A DNA stretch of 64,000 nucleotides from Candidatus Nanoarchaeia archaeon (GCA_035289845.1 DATDWB010000028.1:4662-68661), one strand, 5' to 3'; shown: positions 19,691-29,639, counted from the stretch's first letter. The notes: a model not told the origin generated them from the sequence alone. Numbers and translations are program-made.

Positions 19691-20725
19691 TTATTTTTTA
19701 TAGTATCTGCGCATGGTTTTGAATTCAACAATTTTTTTTAATAAGGCGGGGATAACCCCGGTAAGGACAATGTTCCTAAAAAGGAATAAACCATTTTTCT
19801 TTCCCAAGCTTATAACCATTGGTCTTTCCAGAGAATAATATTTTTTAAGAGGTTTATGATGTTCTAATCTTAAGATATTATCAATAACCACTTGGGCCTG
19901 TTTTTCTGCTCCCTGAGCTGTTTTTTCTTCCGGCAGGTGAGCTATATCCCCCGCGGCAAAAATATGGGGGCGGCCTTTAACTTGCAGGGTATCGTCAACT
20001 TCTACAAAGTTAGATTTATTAAGAGATTCAGAGAAGTTTTTCTTTAGAAAATCATAATTGGGTTTTATGCCCGTACAAAAGAAAGTTAAGTCAGGGGTTA
20101 ATATTTTTCCAGAATTGGTCATAAATTGATTATTTTTATACTCAACCTTTTCATTTAATATGACCTCAACTCCTCTTTTTTCTAAAAACTGCTGGGCTAA
20201 TTTTCTAGCTTTAGGATGGTTCCTAGGCATAAGTTCAGAGTTAGCCTGAACTAAAATTATTTTTTTAAGAGGAAATTTCTCGATGACCTCGGCTGCCAAC
20301 TCCACTCCGACTATACCTCCGCCGATTATCAAAACATTTTTGGATTTAGATAATTTCTGAGCATACTCTTGGAGTTCCTTGGATCTGGAAGCAAAGACCA
20401 TATTTTTTTCTTTAATAGGGCGGTTATAGATAGATCCGCTGCAAATGATTAGATAATCATAAGAAATTTTATGTTTAGCGGTTATAACTTTATGTTCATT
20501 TAAATCTACAACTTCTTCAACAATTATTTTAGTTCGCGGCAAATAAGTGCTGTGCTTAACTTGAATTTTAGCAGCATGCCCCGGCTCTATCAGGGTTCTT
20601 AATATTCCAGGTGTAAATTCAAAATAATCTTTAGTGTCAATTAAAATTAAATTAAAAAATGGTTCTAATTTTTTAGCAGCATAAGCGCCGGCAAATCCTC
20701 CGCCAATAATTACTAAATTTTTCAT
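19691..20725 (-). CDS. FAD-dependent NADH dehydrogenase type II / sulfide:quinone oxidoreductase-family protein
   Basis: N-terminal VIIGGGFAGAYAAK and a second GGGIVGVELAAE dinucleotide fold. Confidence 0.7.
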   Translation of the reverse strand: MKNLVIIGGGFAGAYAAKKLEPFFNLILIDTKDYFEFTPGILRTLIEPGHAAKIQVKHSTYLPRTKIIVEEVVDLNEHKVITAKHKISYDYLIICSGSIYNRPIKEKNMVFASRSKELQEYAQKLSKSKNVLIIGGGIVGVELAAEVIEKFPLKKIILVQANSELMPRNHPKARKLAQQFLEKRGVEVILNEKVEYKNNQFMTNSGKILTPDLTFFCTGIKPNYDFLKKNFSESLNKSNFVEVDDTLQVKGRPHIFAAGDIAHLPEEKTAQGAEKQAQVVIDNILRLEHHKPLKKYYSLERPMVISLGKKNGLFLFRNIVLTGVIPALLKKIVEFKTMRRYYKK

Positions 20726-20799
20726 TTATCTTCAGAAATACGGGCAGTTTAATTAATTTACTCCTGATATTAAAAATATAAAAACAAAAAATGAATAAT

Positions 20800-20961
20800 T
20801 TATTTTTTCTTACCCATAATTCTAAACATGGTTGTTCCACAAGTGGGGCATTTTCCTTTCATGGCCTTTCTTACAGTACCGCCTTTGCCTTTCATGGTTA
20901 CTTCTTTACCATCTTTCATCTGTTTTTTTGCTTTACACTTAACACAATATGCTTCAGTCAT
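20800..20961 (-). CDS. Small C4 zinc-ribbon protein (53 aa, CVKCK...CPTCG)
   Basis: Minus-strand ORF MTEAYCVKCKAKKQMKDGKEVTMKGKGGTVRKAMKGKCPTCGTTMFRIMGKKK. The plus-strand track ORFs here are rejected. Confidence 0.5.
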   Translation of the reverse strand: MTEAYCVKCKAKKQMKDGKEVTMKGKGGTVRKAMKGKCPTCGTTMFRIMGKKK

Positions 20962-21108
20962 ATCCAACACCTCAATAGTATATTATTGTACTCTTTTATG
21001 CTTAAATGATGGTTGGTCTTAAAAAGATTTCGGAAATCTAAGCTTATTTAATCTCGTTCTAGGGATTAAACCCCTAGTTAGTTGCAATTGGCGGGCTCGC
21101 TAAACAAT

Positions 21109-21228
21109 AGAGAAGTTTGCATAATTAAATTATTTATCCGCAAACTTCTAAAGAGAATTTGAAATAAACGTAATTTTGGCATTAAACAAACGATATATTT
21201 GCCCAAATTACTATTTTTCAAACTTCTC
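21109..21228. repeat. Composite palindromic repeat unit 1: short element (21109-21149, right arm truncated) fused to a long 77-bp element (21152-21228, TIR AGAGAATTTGAAA/TTTCAAACTTCTC)
   Basis: Direct comparison with copies at 6954, 29513 and 45132. Confidence 0.85.
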
Positions 21229-21262
21229 AATAGTAAAATTTCTACGAAATTTGAAAAATTAT

Positions 21263-21387
21263 AGAGAACTTTGCAAAATTAGATGATTTATTATTAGCAA
21301 ATTTCTAAAGAGAAGTTTGAAATAGTCGTAATTTTGACCTTAAACAAACAATATATTAACCAAAATTACTTTTTTTCAAACTTCTCT
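21263..21387. repeat. Composite palindromic repeat unit 2: short element (21263-21306) plus a long 79-bp element (21309-21387). Exact reverse complement of 45132-45252.
   Basis: Revcomp of 45132-45210 equals 21309-21387 base for base. The adjacent short elements also correspond. Confidence 0.9.
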
Positions 21388-21407
21388 ATAATAAAAAGGC
21401 AGGACGT

Positions 21408-21935
21408 TTAAACAGAACCATATTCTGCAAGAGTCATAACTTTTGGCTTTAAATCTTCAAGTTTTGTTTTTAATCCTGCTACATGACCTAAACCAATAAC
21501 AGCAACTAATCTGCTGTTTTTATCATATAAACCTCTAATTTTTGTCCCCATCGCTTCGTCTCTTTGAGGATTATAAACCTGCTTTAATACTTGAACTACT
21601 TGTGGAGGTATAACTTCCTCCATAATTTCAAATATTTCAGGACCTCTAATTATTTTAATAAGTTCTTCTATTTCTTCCGCTTTTTGATATATTTGTTGAT
21701 CATCTCTTCTAAAATCTTTCAAATAATCATCAATTCCACCGTTTAATTTTTTAAGCAATGGCTTTACTAATTCCGAATCTTCAGCAATTTGCTTATACAT
21801 CCATTTTATTGTTTCAACGTAAGATTTAACAAATTCTTCTTTACCATCCGCAAAAATAGAAATATCAATGTATTCTAATTTTGAAGCAGGATTTCTGCGG
21901 GTATAATCTCTTGAAGATTTAAATTCGTAACCCAT
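21408..21935 (-). CDS. TraB/PrgY-family protein, C-terminal part (VAVIGLGHVAGL motif)
   Basis: Continues the upstream 86-aa ORF. The two ORFs share nt 21935 (TAATG overlap). Confidence 0.55.
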   Translation of the reverse strand: MGYEFKSSRDYTRRNPASKLEYIDISIFADGKEEFVKSYVETIKWMYKQIAEDSELVKPLLKKLNGGIDDYLKDFRRDDQQIYQKAEEIEELIKIIRGPEIFEIMEEVIPPQVVQVLKQVYNPQRDEAMGTKIRGLYDKNSRLVAVIGLGHVAGLKTKLEDLKPKVMTLAEYGSV

Positions 21936-22195
21936 TACATCATTAATGATTCTATTAGTCTTGCTCTTTGTCTTGGATTTAAATTCAAACCTGATTCATC
22001 AATCATTGCATTAATCTCTCTCTGTTCTTCTTCTGGTGATTTTCGCCATATATCAAAATCTTCTCTATCTTTATTAAATTCAAGAGCAATAATAGACGGA
22101 GAAAGTCTATCTAAAAGAGTATCAAGTCTTTCTCTGCCATCTAAATCACTATGTACTGTTCCTACCAAATATAAATCTACAGAGCCAATTAACAC
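21935..22195 (-). CDS. TraB/PrgY-family protein, N-terminal part (LVGTVHSD motif)
   Basis: The family domain is split across two overlapping ORFs. Either a genuine two-gene split or a frameshift. Confidence 0.5.
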   Translation of the reverse strand: MLIGSVDLYLVGTVHSDLDGRERLDTLLDRLSPSIIALEFNKDREDFDIWRKSPEEEQREINAMIDESGLNLNPRQRARLIESLMM

Positions 22196-22221
22196 CCTAT
22201 AATTAATAATTCCTCCTAAAA

Positions 22222-24711
22222 TTATTTTTCCACTCCCAGCTTAAATCTAAACTTATCACTTTCTAAACAGGTCTTTCCCTTAAAGAGTATATTTTTTACA
22301 TTCAATACCGCCTTAAGATCATCTTCAATCACTTTAATTAAGTTTGCAAATTCCTTCTCTTTACTAATAAGAATTAAAGAGGAGAGTTCTTCTTTTAAAG
22401 ACATTTGACTTTCAGACTTATATTTTCTAACTAGGGAGATTATTTCTACTCCTAGGTCGCCGGCCTTTTCAGCAGATTCATTAATTAACTTAGAATTGTA
22501 TTTTGGCCAGGAAGAAAGATGGATACTTTTTTTGCCTTCGATTTTATTAAAGTAAAGCTGGTAAACTTCCTCGGTTATATGAGGCATTATCGGGGAAATT
22601 AATTTTAGCAGGCTAAGAAGACTTTCTGATAATGCAAATTGAGCGGCTTGCCGGGGTTCATTCCCCCGCTGGTCAGGGTTGTATAACCTATCTTTAACTA
22701 TCTCTAAATAATTGTCACAAAAAGTATGCCAGAAAAAATTTTCTACTTCACTCTTAGATTTAAAATATTCATAATTTTCAAAGGATTCAGTACTTTCCTT
22801 AATCATGCGGTTTAACTTGCTTAACAGCCACTGGTCATAGGCGGCCAGTTTACTGGGAAGAGATTTGGATATTTTATAATCTTCCAGATGCATCAAGCAA
22901 AATTTAGAGGCGTTCCATAACTTGTTGACAAACTTATGTCCCGTTAATACATCTTTCTCTTGGTAAGGCAGGTCGTCCCCTAATTTTACCGAGGCCGCCC
23001 AGAAACGGAAAGCATCAGCACTATATTTTTTAATTACTTCCTGAGCCACAATAAAGTTGCCTTTACTTTTGGACATTTTTTGTCCTTTAGGATCCTGTCC
23101 ATGCCCAGAAATCATAATATTTTTCCAAGGAATGTCTTGATGGTGCAGATAAGATTTAACCAGAGTATAGAATGCCCAAGTACGTATTATGTCATGGGCC
23201 TGAGGTCGAAGGGACATGGGCAAGAATTCTTTGCGCTCGTCTTCACTTCCCCATCGAGAATTAATTTCGGGAGTAACTGAAGAAGTCATCCAAGTATCCA
23301 TAACATCCATTTCCGGTTCTATTTTGATTGAACCGCAGCTGCATTTGCCGGTATATTTTTGTTCTCGAGGGTCGATAGGTAAATCTTTTTCCTTAGGCAG
23401 CAGAACTTTTCCACACTGTTGGCAGTACCATACCGGGAAGGGAACACCATAATACCTCTGGCGGGAAATTCCCCAGTTCCACTGCAGATTTTTAACCCAG
23501 TGATCATATCTTACTTTCATGTGCTGGGGATACCAACTAACTTTCTCTGCTATTTTTAAGAGTTCTTCTTTCTTATCCAGCACTTTAATTTGCCATTGCT
23601 GTTTTTTAAGAAATTCAATCTCCTGTCCGCAGCGTTCATGAACGTTTACGGAGTGGGTTATGTTTTTTTGATTAATCAACTCCCCGTTTTGCCGGAGGTC
23701 AGCTAATATTTCTTTCCGCGCCTCCTTAACATTCAATCCGGAATATTTTCCGGCCAAATCATTCAATCTTCCATTTTCAGCAAGTATAATTCTCAAGGGA
23801 AGCTTATGCCGGTGCCATTTTTCTATATCTTCCTTATCCCCAAAGGTGCAAACCATCATCAATCCAGTCCCTTTGGTTGGATCGACATTTTCATCCGCCA
23901 GAATTGGAACCTTGTAATTAAAGATGGGAACTAAAGCTGATTTTCCGGCTAGATGCTTATATTTTTTATCCTGGGGGTTATAACATAAAGCCACACAAGC
24001 AGGCAGCAATTCCGGCCGGGTAGTGGAAATAGTTAAAATGGATGAAGTTTTAATGTTGGCTGCAGTTTTAACTTTGCTGGAGGGCGGTTCAACTTTAAAA
24101 TTAATATCATTAAAGCTGGAATCAAGATCTACATTTTCTAGATCAGCTTGAGCAATAGTTGTCTGGCAAGTGGTACACCAAGTAGTGGGATTGTAAGTTC
24201 TTTCCAAATGCCCATTTTGGTATAAGTCCAGGAAAGATTTCTGGGAAACTCGGATTGCTTCCGTTCCGATGGTGTGGTACAGCAAATTCCAGTCAATTGA
24301 AAAACCCAAGCGGGTAAATAGGTCCCGGTAAGTTTGTCCGGTTTTCTTAGTTTCCTGCAGGCACAACTTAATAAATTCTGACCGAGTAATTTTGGATTTG
24401 TTTAAGTTATATTTTTTTTCTACGTATCTTTCCGTAGGCAGGCCATTGTCATCAAACCCGATGGGGAAAAAAACATTATATCCCTGCATGCGCTTATATC
24501 TAGCCATAAATTCGAACTGGGAATAATGCATCCCGTGCCCAACGTGCAAGTGGTCGGCGGAAGCGTAAGGAGGCGGGGTGTCTATACTGTAAATATTAGA
24601 AGATTCTTTAACAGTCTTTGGCTCTTCAAATTTATAAATCTTATTTTTTTCCCAAAACTGCTGCAGCCTGGGTTCAGCTTCTTGAGGATTGTATTGGGAT
24701 GGAAGTTGCAT
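22222..24711 (-). CDS. valS: Class Ia aminoacyl-tRNA synthetase, most likely valyl-tRNA synthetase
   Basis: HIGH as HLHVGHG preceded by PPPYAS. KMSKS as KMSKSKGN. N-terminus MQLPSQYNPQEAE..FWEKN is ValRS-like. 829 aa. Confidence 0.6.
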   Translation of the reverse strand: MQLPSQYNPQEAEPRLQQFWEKNKIYKFEEPKTVKESSNIYSIDTPPPYASADHLHVGHGMHYSQFEFMARYKRMQGYNVFFPIGFDDNGLPTERYVEKKYNLNKSKITRSEFIKLCLQETKKTGQTYRDLFTRLGFSIDWNLLYHTIGTEAIRVSQKSFLDLYQNGHLERTYNPTTWCTTCQTTIAQADLENVDLDSSFNDINFKVEPPSSKVKTAANIKTSSILTISTTRPELLPACVALCYNPQDKKYKHLAGKSALVPIFNYKVPILADENVDPTKGTGLMMVCTFGDKEDIEKWHRHKLPLRIILAENGRLNDLAGKYSGLNVKEARKEILADLRQNGELINQKNITHSVNVHERCGQEIEFLKKQQWQIKVLDKKEELLKIAEKVSWYPQHMKVRYDHWVKNLQWNWGISRQRYYGVPFPVWYCQQCGKVLLPKEKDLPIDPREQKYTGKCSCGSIKIEPEMDVMDTWMTSSVTPEINSRWGSEDERKEFLPMSLRPQAHDIIRTWAFYTLVKSYLHHQDIPWKNIMISGHGQDPKGQKMSKSKGNFIVAQEVIKKYSADAFRFWAASVKLGDDLPYQEKDVLTGHKFVNKLWNASKFCLMHLEDYKISKSLPSKLAAYDQWLLSKLNRMIKESTESFENYEYFKSKSEVENFFWHTFCDNYLEIVKDRLYNPDQRGNEPRQAAQFALSESLLSLLKLISPIMPHITEEVYQLYFNKIEGKKSIHLSSWPKYNSKLINESAEKAGDLGVEIISLVRKYKSESQMSLKEELSSLILISKEKEFANLIKVIEDDLKAVLNVKNILFKGKTCLESDKFRFKLGVEK

Positions 24712-24764
24712 TGGTCAACATAGTGGGAAGGTATTTAAATATTTAATGTTCTATTTTTTAGAAT

Positions 24765-25145
24765 ATGAAACTACGCACCTGGATGGGGGAATGGCTGGTT
24801 GTTTTTACGATTCTGGCTACGGTTACGATCGCGACCGGAAATAAACCGCTAGAGTGGGTGGGGGTCTTTGCAGTTCTGTTTACCTTTGGCCATGCCGCAA
24901 TTAGTAATAGGATGGCTGAACGGCAGGCTAGGATGGTTACGCCGGATGTTCAGTGTTATAAATGGAGCGACCGTTATTTTATCTTCAAAGAAGGATTGTG
25001 GTTCATCTACTTTCTTTTCTCTCAGAGTTACGCTGCGCTAGTGGGGGTGATTATATTTTTGATCTATCCTTTCTGGCGGAAGTTGTATAGAAAGTGGAAA
25101 CCGTGGGAGATGGAAGGGGTATTGCACCCCTGCAGCAGGAAGTAA
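24765..25145 (+). CDS. Small membrane protein of atypical (about 47%) GC, hypothetical
   Basis: Three predicted TM segments. GC markedly above flanking genes. Confidence 0.4.
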   Translation: MKLRTWMGEWLVVFTILATVTIATGNKPLEWVGVFAVLFTFGHAAISNRMAERQARMVTPDVQCYKWSDRYFIFKEGLWFIYFLFSQSYAALVGVIIFLIYPFWRKLYRKWKPWEMEGVLHPCSRK

Positions 25146-25164
25146 ATGGGCAGGGTAATTAGTT

Positions 25165-26589
25165 TCATTCCTGGGTCTTCTTACCTCTGCTTTGGCTTTC
25201 CAGCCATCCGGCAGAAGTTATCTGAATAAATTCTGCGTTAGCCTGCATTTCGGTGATATTTCTAGCTCCACAGTAACTTATCCCGCTTTTTACCCCTTTA
25301 ATTATACTTTTTATTACTTCGCTTACAGAACCCTTATAATCAACTAAGGAAGAAACTCCTTCCACAAACACGTTCAATCGTTCCTTAACTTCTTTGCCTA
25401 AACTTTTCTCTTCTCGGAGATGATTGCTCTCATACGAGGCGCTGCCAATGTATTGTTTATACCTTCTTCCATCTTGGATGATTATCATTCCCGGTGATTC
25501 GTCCGTTCCGGCAAAAAATTTTCCGGAATAAGCAGTGCTAGCCCCCGCAGCTAAGGATTTAGTAACATCTCCCGGGTAAGCCATCCCTCCATCGGCAGAA
25601 ACTGGTATGCCATATTTTTGGGCCACAGAAGATACATCTTGGACCGCAGTAAACTGGGGCACACCACTGCCGGAAATTATTCTAGTTGTACAAACCGGAC
25701 TGGGGCCTATTCCAACTTTTAATCCGTCCGCTCCGGCTTCAATCAATTCTCTAGCGGCCTCAGCAGTGGCAATGTTGCCAACCATAATATCAGTATTTGG
25801 AAAATTTAGTTTTAACTCTTTTAATCTTTGAATCGCAAAATCAGAATGGGCGTGGGCAATATCTAAAACTATAACATCGGCTTCGGCTTCAATTAAAATT
25901 TTAGCCCGTTCAACTGTATCTTTAACTCCCACCGCGGCTCCAACCCTTAATCTTCCTTTTTCATCTCGGCAGGCATGAGGCCAATACTCATTTTTTTTAA
26001 TGTCTTTAGTAGTAATCAATCCTCTAACTTTTTCATTTTCTAACAAGGGCAGCTTTTCAATTCGATGTTGATGAAGGATAGTCTTGGCTTCTGCTAGAGT
26101 AGTTCCATACGGAGCGGTAATCAATCTTTCTTTAGGGGTCATTACTTCTGAAACTGGCCTGCTCAAATCATCTTCAAACAGATAATCCTTAGAAGTGAAT
26201 ATACCTACCAATTCCTGGTCTTTAATTATCAATAAACTGGTTACTCCTTCCTCCACCATTTTTTTTACTGACATTTCAATAGTGGCCGTAGGTTCAATAC
26301 AGATTGGATTTTCAATAATGTGGCTGGTGCTGCGTTTTACTTTCCTTACTTCTTTAACTTGTTCTTCAATAGTTCCAAATTGATGAATTATCCCTAATCC
26401 GCCTTCCCGGGCCATAGCAATAGCCAGCTTATGTTCAGTAACGGTTTTCATGTTAGAACTAACCAAAGGAATATTCAAGCAGATATTGCGGGTAAATTTA
26501 GTTTTTATGTCGGCTTCACTACGGGATTTAAGAACTGTCTTTTTGGGAACCAATAGCACATCAGAATAAGTTAATCCGAGTTTCATCAT
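25165..26589 (-). CDS. guaB: Inosine-5'-monophosphate dehydrogenase with CBS pair
   Basis: Catalytic loop GIGPSPVCTTR. CBS domains. 474 aa. Confidence 0.92.
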   Translation of the reverse strand: MMKLGLTYSDVLLVPKKTVLKSRSEADIKTKFTRNICLNIPLVSSNMKTVTEHKLAIAMAREGGLGIIHQFGTIEEQVKEVRKVKRSTSHIIENPICIEPTATIEMSVKKMVEEGVTSLLIIKDQELVGIFTSKDYLFEDDLSRPVSEVMTPKERLITAPYGTTLAEAKTILHQHRIEKLPLLENEKVRGLITTKDIKKNEYWPHACRDEKGRLRVGAAVGVKDTVERAKILIEAEADVIVLDIAHAHSDFAIQRLKELKLNFPNTDIMVGNIATAEAARELIEAGADGLKVGIGPSPVCTTRIISGSGVPQFTAVQDVSSVAQKYGIPVSADGGMAYPGDVTKSLAAGASTAYSGKFFAGTDESPGMIIIQDGRRYKQYIGSASYESNHLREEKSLGKEVKERLNVFVEGVSSLVDYKGSVSEVIKSIIKGVKSGISYCGARNITEMQANAEFIQITSAGWLESQSRGKKTQE

Positions 26590-26706
26590 ATCACCCGGTA
26601 AAATAAAATATGCGTTGTTGTTTAAATAGATTGTGGAGATGTTAAAGAGAAAAGATTATATAGTTGGTAACTATTTAATAGTCTTAAAATTAAGGTTAAT
26701 TTTAAA

Positions 26707-27228
26707 ATGGTTAAAGAAGCGGTGGCAGTACACAAATGTGTGGATCGTTCTATTTATTTGCAGGCTAATAATGGAGATATTTTATTGTTTTATAGTACTA
26801 GACCAATGCTGGTAGATAATGATTGTACGACCACTTCATTTGCGGGAGAATATTTTGTTCCGGCCGATATGGCTACAGAACTTTATAACTCTATCAACGC
26901 AGGTCATGATCCTTCCAGAATCGTTAAAGAACTAGGGTTGGAAAGACGGACTGTTTCTTCAGTTTTAGAAGATATTGCTAGAAGAGATGGTGGAACATCT
27001 CCTGCTCCAAATGTTACAAGAGATGGTGGAACACCTCCTGCTCCAAACATTCCTGATACATACCATCGTGGTGCAGCTGGACTTCACGCAATTGTAGACG
27101 ACTTTGGTATTGGTACGCCAGTGCCGCTTAGATATTTTGATAATGGCCGCGATCGCAGATTGTCTGTTAAGCGGATAAGATTGAAACCTGGTCCAGGCGG
27201 TCTCGTGCCTTATGTGGATGATGATTAA
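26707..27228 (+). CDS. Hypothetical protein with a tandem RDGGT(S/P)PAPN repeat; first gene of the GC-atypical island
   Basis: About 45% GC. Internal direct repeat DGGTSPAPNVTRDGGTPPAPNI. No homolog recognised. Confidence 0.4.
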   Translation: MVKEAVAVHKCVDRSIYLQANNGDILLFYSTRPMLVDNDCTTTSFAGEYFVPADMATELYNSINAGHDPSRIVKELGLERRTVSSVLEDIARRDGGTSPAPNVTRDGGTPPAPNIPDTYHRGAAGLHAIVDDFGIGTPVPLRYFDNGRDRRLSVKRIRLKPGPGGLVPYVDDD

Positions 27229-27436
27229 TTAAATAATTCTAATATTTTTCCAATTTATCTCTTCCGACATTCATCTGCAACTACTTTCAAAAATTCTTTT
27301 AAGTATTCCATCTTACTTTTTGCTTTTTCCGCGTCTTCCATAATTGCGGGGATAAGAAGGTTAATCAACTCTGTTCGAGCTTCTGTTGGTTACAGTTCAA
27401 TAAACTTTAAATAGTGTTTTTCTATAAAAGTAGTAA

Positions 27437-28468
27437 ATGGTGGATCGATCGAAACCAGACTTGTATGCAATTCTAGAAGTAAATCCACGAGCCCGAACGG
27501 AAGTTATTGATGCAGCTTATAAAGCATTGATGAAACAATATCATCCTGACATTAATCAGGACGATTCTAAAGGCAGTTCGGATATTGCTAGACAATTAAA
27601 TGAAGCTAGGACTACTTTGCTTAATCCTAATTTAAGATCTAAATATGATTCGTCCAGAAATATACTTAATAAAGGGGGTAATCCCATTATCAATGGCTAC
27701 CGTTTTTTAGAAAAGATTGCGGAAGGGGGTTTTGGGCCAACTTTTAAAGCTGAACATGTAGAGTCTGGACTGCCAGTTTGTGTTAAGGTTGGACATCAAA
27801 TTTCCCCGCAGCATGAACAAGTATTAAGGGATGAAGCACGGGCCATTTGGGATTTACGTCATTATGGTATTCCAGTCATGCGGGACATGTTCAAAACTGA
27901 TGATCAAGGCTTATTTTTGGTCATGAGCTATATACCGGGACCAACTTTAGAAAAAGTTGTTCAGAAAGCAGGCAACGGCTTAGATCCTGAACATGTGGCG
28001 TGGATTACGGAACGAACACTAAATGTCTTGATGTATCTGCATTACCACGGGGTTGTTCATGGGGATGTGAAACCGCAGAACATTATCATCCAACCTGAAA
28101 AACATGAGCTAGTACTAGTGGATTATGGGCTTTCAGCAATACGTCCAGAAGCTAAAGCTGGAAGTAAGGGCCATACTGAATTATTTTCTTCTCCGGAACA
28201 ATTAAAAGGTTTGACTATACTTCCTCAATCAGATTTTTATAGCTTAGCCATGACGATGATCTATGCTTTGGGCGGGGATATGAACACAAAAAGAGTTCCA
28301 GAATCAACTCCCAATCCAATGTGTAATTTTATTGCCCGCTGCTTGGTGCGCGATGTTCTGTCGCGTCCAGATTGGAATTCAGAAAATTTGTTTGAAAGTT
28401 TCAAGAAAGTAAGAACGGAATCTTTTGGCAGAAGTCGTTCAGCAATGAAGCCCCTACCCGGGGCATAA
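27437..28468 (+). CDS. J-domain (DnaJ N-terminal, HPD motif) fused to a Ser/Thr protein kinase domain
   Basis: DLYAILEV...YKALMKQYHPDIN is a J domain. The kinase carries the glycine loop region EGGFGPTF, the VCVK lysine, catalytic loop HGDVKPQNI, DFG-equivalent VDYGLS, and SPE. Confidence 0.7.
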   Translation: MVDRSKPDLYAILEVNPRARTEVIDAAYKALMKQYHPDINQDDSKGSSDIARQLNEARTTLLNPNLRSKYDSSRNILNKGGNPIINGYRFLEKIAEGGFGPTFKAEHVESGLPVCVKVGHQISPQHEQVLRDEARAIWDLRHYGIPVMRDMFKTDDQGLFLVMSYIPGPTLEKVVQKAGNGLDPEHVAWITERTLNVLMYLHYHGVVHGDVKPQNIIIQPEKHELVLVDYGLSAIRPEAKAGSKGHTELFSSPEQLKGLTILPQSDFYSLAMTMIYALGGDMNTKRVPESTPNPMCNFIARCLVRDVLSRPDWNSENLFESFKKVRTESFGRSRSAMKPLPGA

Positions 28469-28476
28469 ATGGAGGA

Positions 28477-29457
28477 TTGATAAATATGTCTGAAGCAGGA
28501 GATTATGAACCAGGTGATTGGAAAGGCCACGATTTTGCATCCGCACGCCAGGATTATGACCGGTATGCGAAAAGGAGTTATGCTGATGCACAAAATTCTA
28601 AGAAAGATGCAACAAAATTGGTACCTCAGTCAATGAACACAAATAGTTCCGCCCCTTTAGTTATTGCCTGTGACGTTACAGGCTCGATGGGGGAATGGCC
28701 AGCAACAATATTTTCTAAATTACCTTATCTGGATTTGGAAGGAAAACAATATCTTGGTCCAGATATGGAAATAAGTTTTGCGGCTATAGGAGACGCTTAT
28801 AGTGACCAATATCCATTACAGGTTAGACCGTTTACTTCCGGAACTGATTTAGCAACCCATCTTAAAGAATTGGTTATTGAAGGGAATGGCGGCGGGCAAG
28901 CAAGAGAAAGTTATGACCTACCTGCGTTATACTTTTCCCGTCAGGTGGAAATGCCCGGAGCAATAAACAAGCCGATCTTTATTTACATTGGAGATGAAGG
29001 AATATATGATTTTGTGGATAAAGATCAAGCTAAAAAATGGGCTAACACCACCTTAGAAGGACGGCTCTCATCTAGACAAGTTATGGAAGAATTGAAAGAT
29101 AAATTTTCAGTATATATTGTACGGAAAAATTTTGGCAGCGGTTCAGGTGATTCCAGAAACGATGCAGATCAGGCCATACAGCGTCAGTGGGAAACGTACT
29201 TAGGTGCAGATCACGTAGCAATCTTACCTAAGGCAGATCGGGTAGTGGATGTAATCTTTGGTATTTTAGCTCAGGAAACTGGCCGGATAGATTATTTTCG
29301 TGACGAAATTAAAGGAAGGCAGAGACCGGATCAAGTGACAGAAGCACTTAAGTCGTTAAAGTCAATCCATACTGGTTTACCTGGAGCACCACTTCTTCCC
29401 TCAGGTAAATCAGTAATGCGGCTTCCGGGTGGAAACAAAACCAAACCTATCTTATAA
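28477..29457 (+). CDS. von Willebrand factor A (vWA) domain protein with an intact MIDAS motif
   Basis: DVTGSMG (DxSGS), downstream TSGTD and GDEG. 8-nt gap from the kinase gene, so operonic. Confidence 0.7.
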   Translation: MINMSEAGDYEPGDWKGHDFASARQDYDRYAKRSYADAQNSKKDATKLVPQSMNTNSSAPLVIACDVTGSMGEWPATIFSKLPYLDLEGKQYLGPDMEISFAAIGDAYSDQYPLQVRPFTSGTDLATHLKELVIEGNGGGQARESYDLPALYFSRQVEMPGAINKPIFIYIGDEGIYDFVDKDQAKKWANTTLEGRLSSRQVMEELKDKFSVYIVRKNFGSGSGDSRNDADQAIQRQWETYLGADHVAILPKADRVVDVIFGILAQETGRIDYFRDEIKGRQRPDQVTEALKSLKSIHTGLPGAPLLPSGKSVMRLPGGNKTKPIL

Positions 29458-29512
29458 TTTTTTTATTTTTTAAATTTGTTTTTAATTTTCAAAGTATTAA
29501 CAAAAGTATTAA

Positions 29513-29555
29513 AGAGAAGTTTGCATAATTAAATTATTTATCCGCAAACTTCTCT
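29513..29555. repeat. Palindromic repeat element, copy F (identical to 6954-6996)
   Basis: 43/43 identity with copy A. Sits at the right edge of the GC-atypical kinase/vWA island. Confidence 0.9.
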
Positions 29556-29639
29556 AAACAAAGGTGATAACTAAATATCGCTCCTCCTCACAACAACTTT
29601 AAAAAATTAAATCCTAAAAATAATTAAGGTGTATGTTTC

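Noticed and set aside
20791-21022. Two plus-strand track ORFs (72 and 64 aa)
   Set aside because: The minus-strand 53-aa CxxC...CxxC zinc-ribbon ORF with proper start and stop explains the region better.
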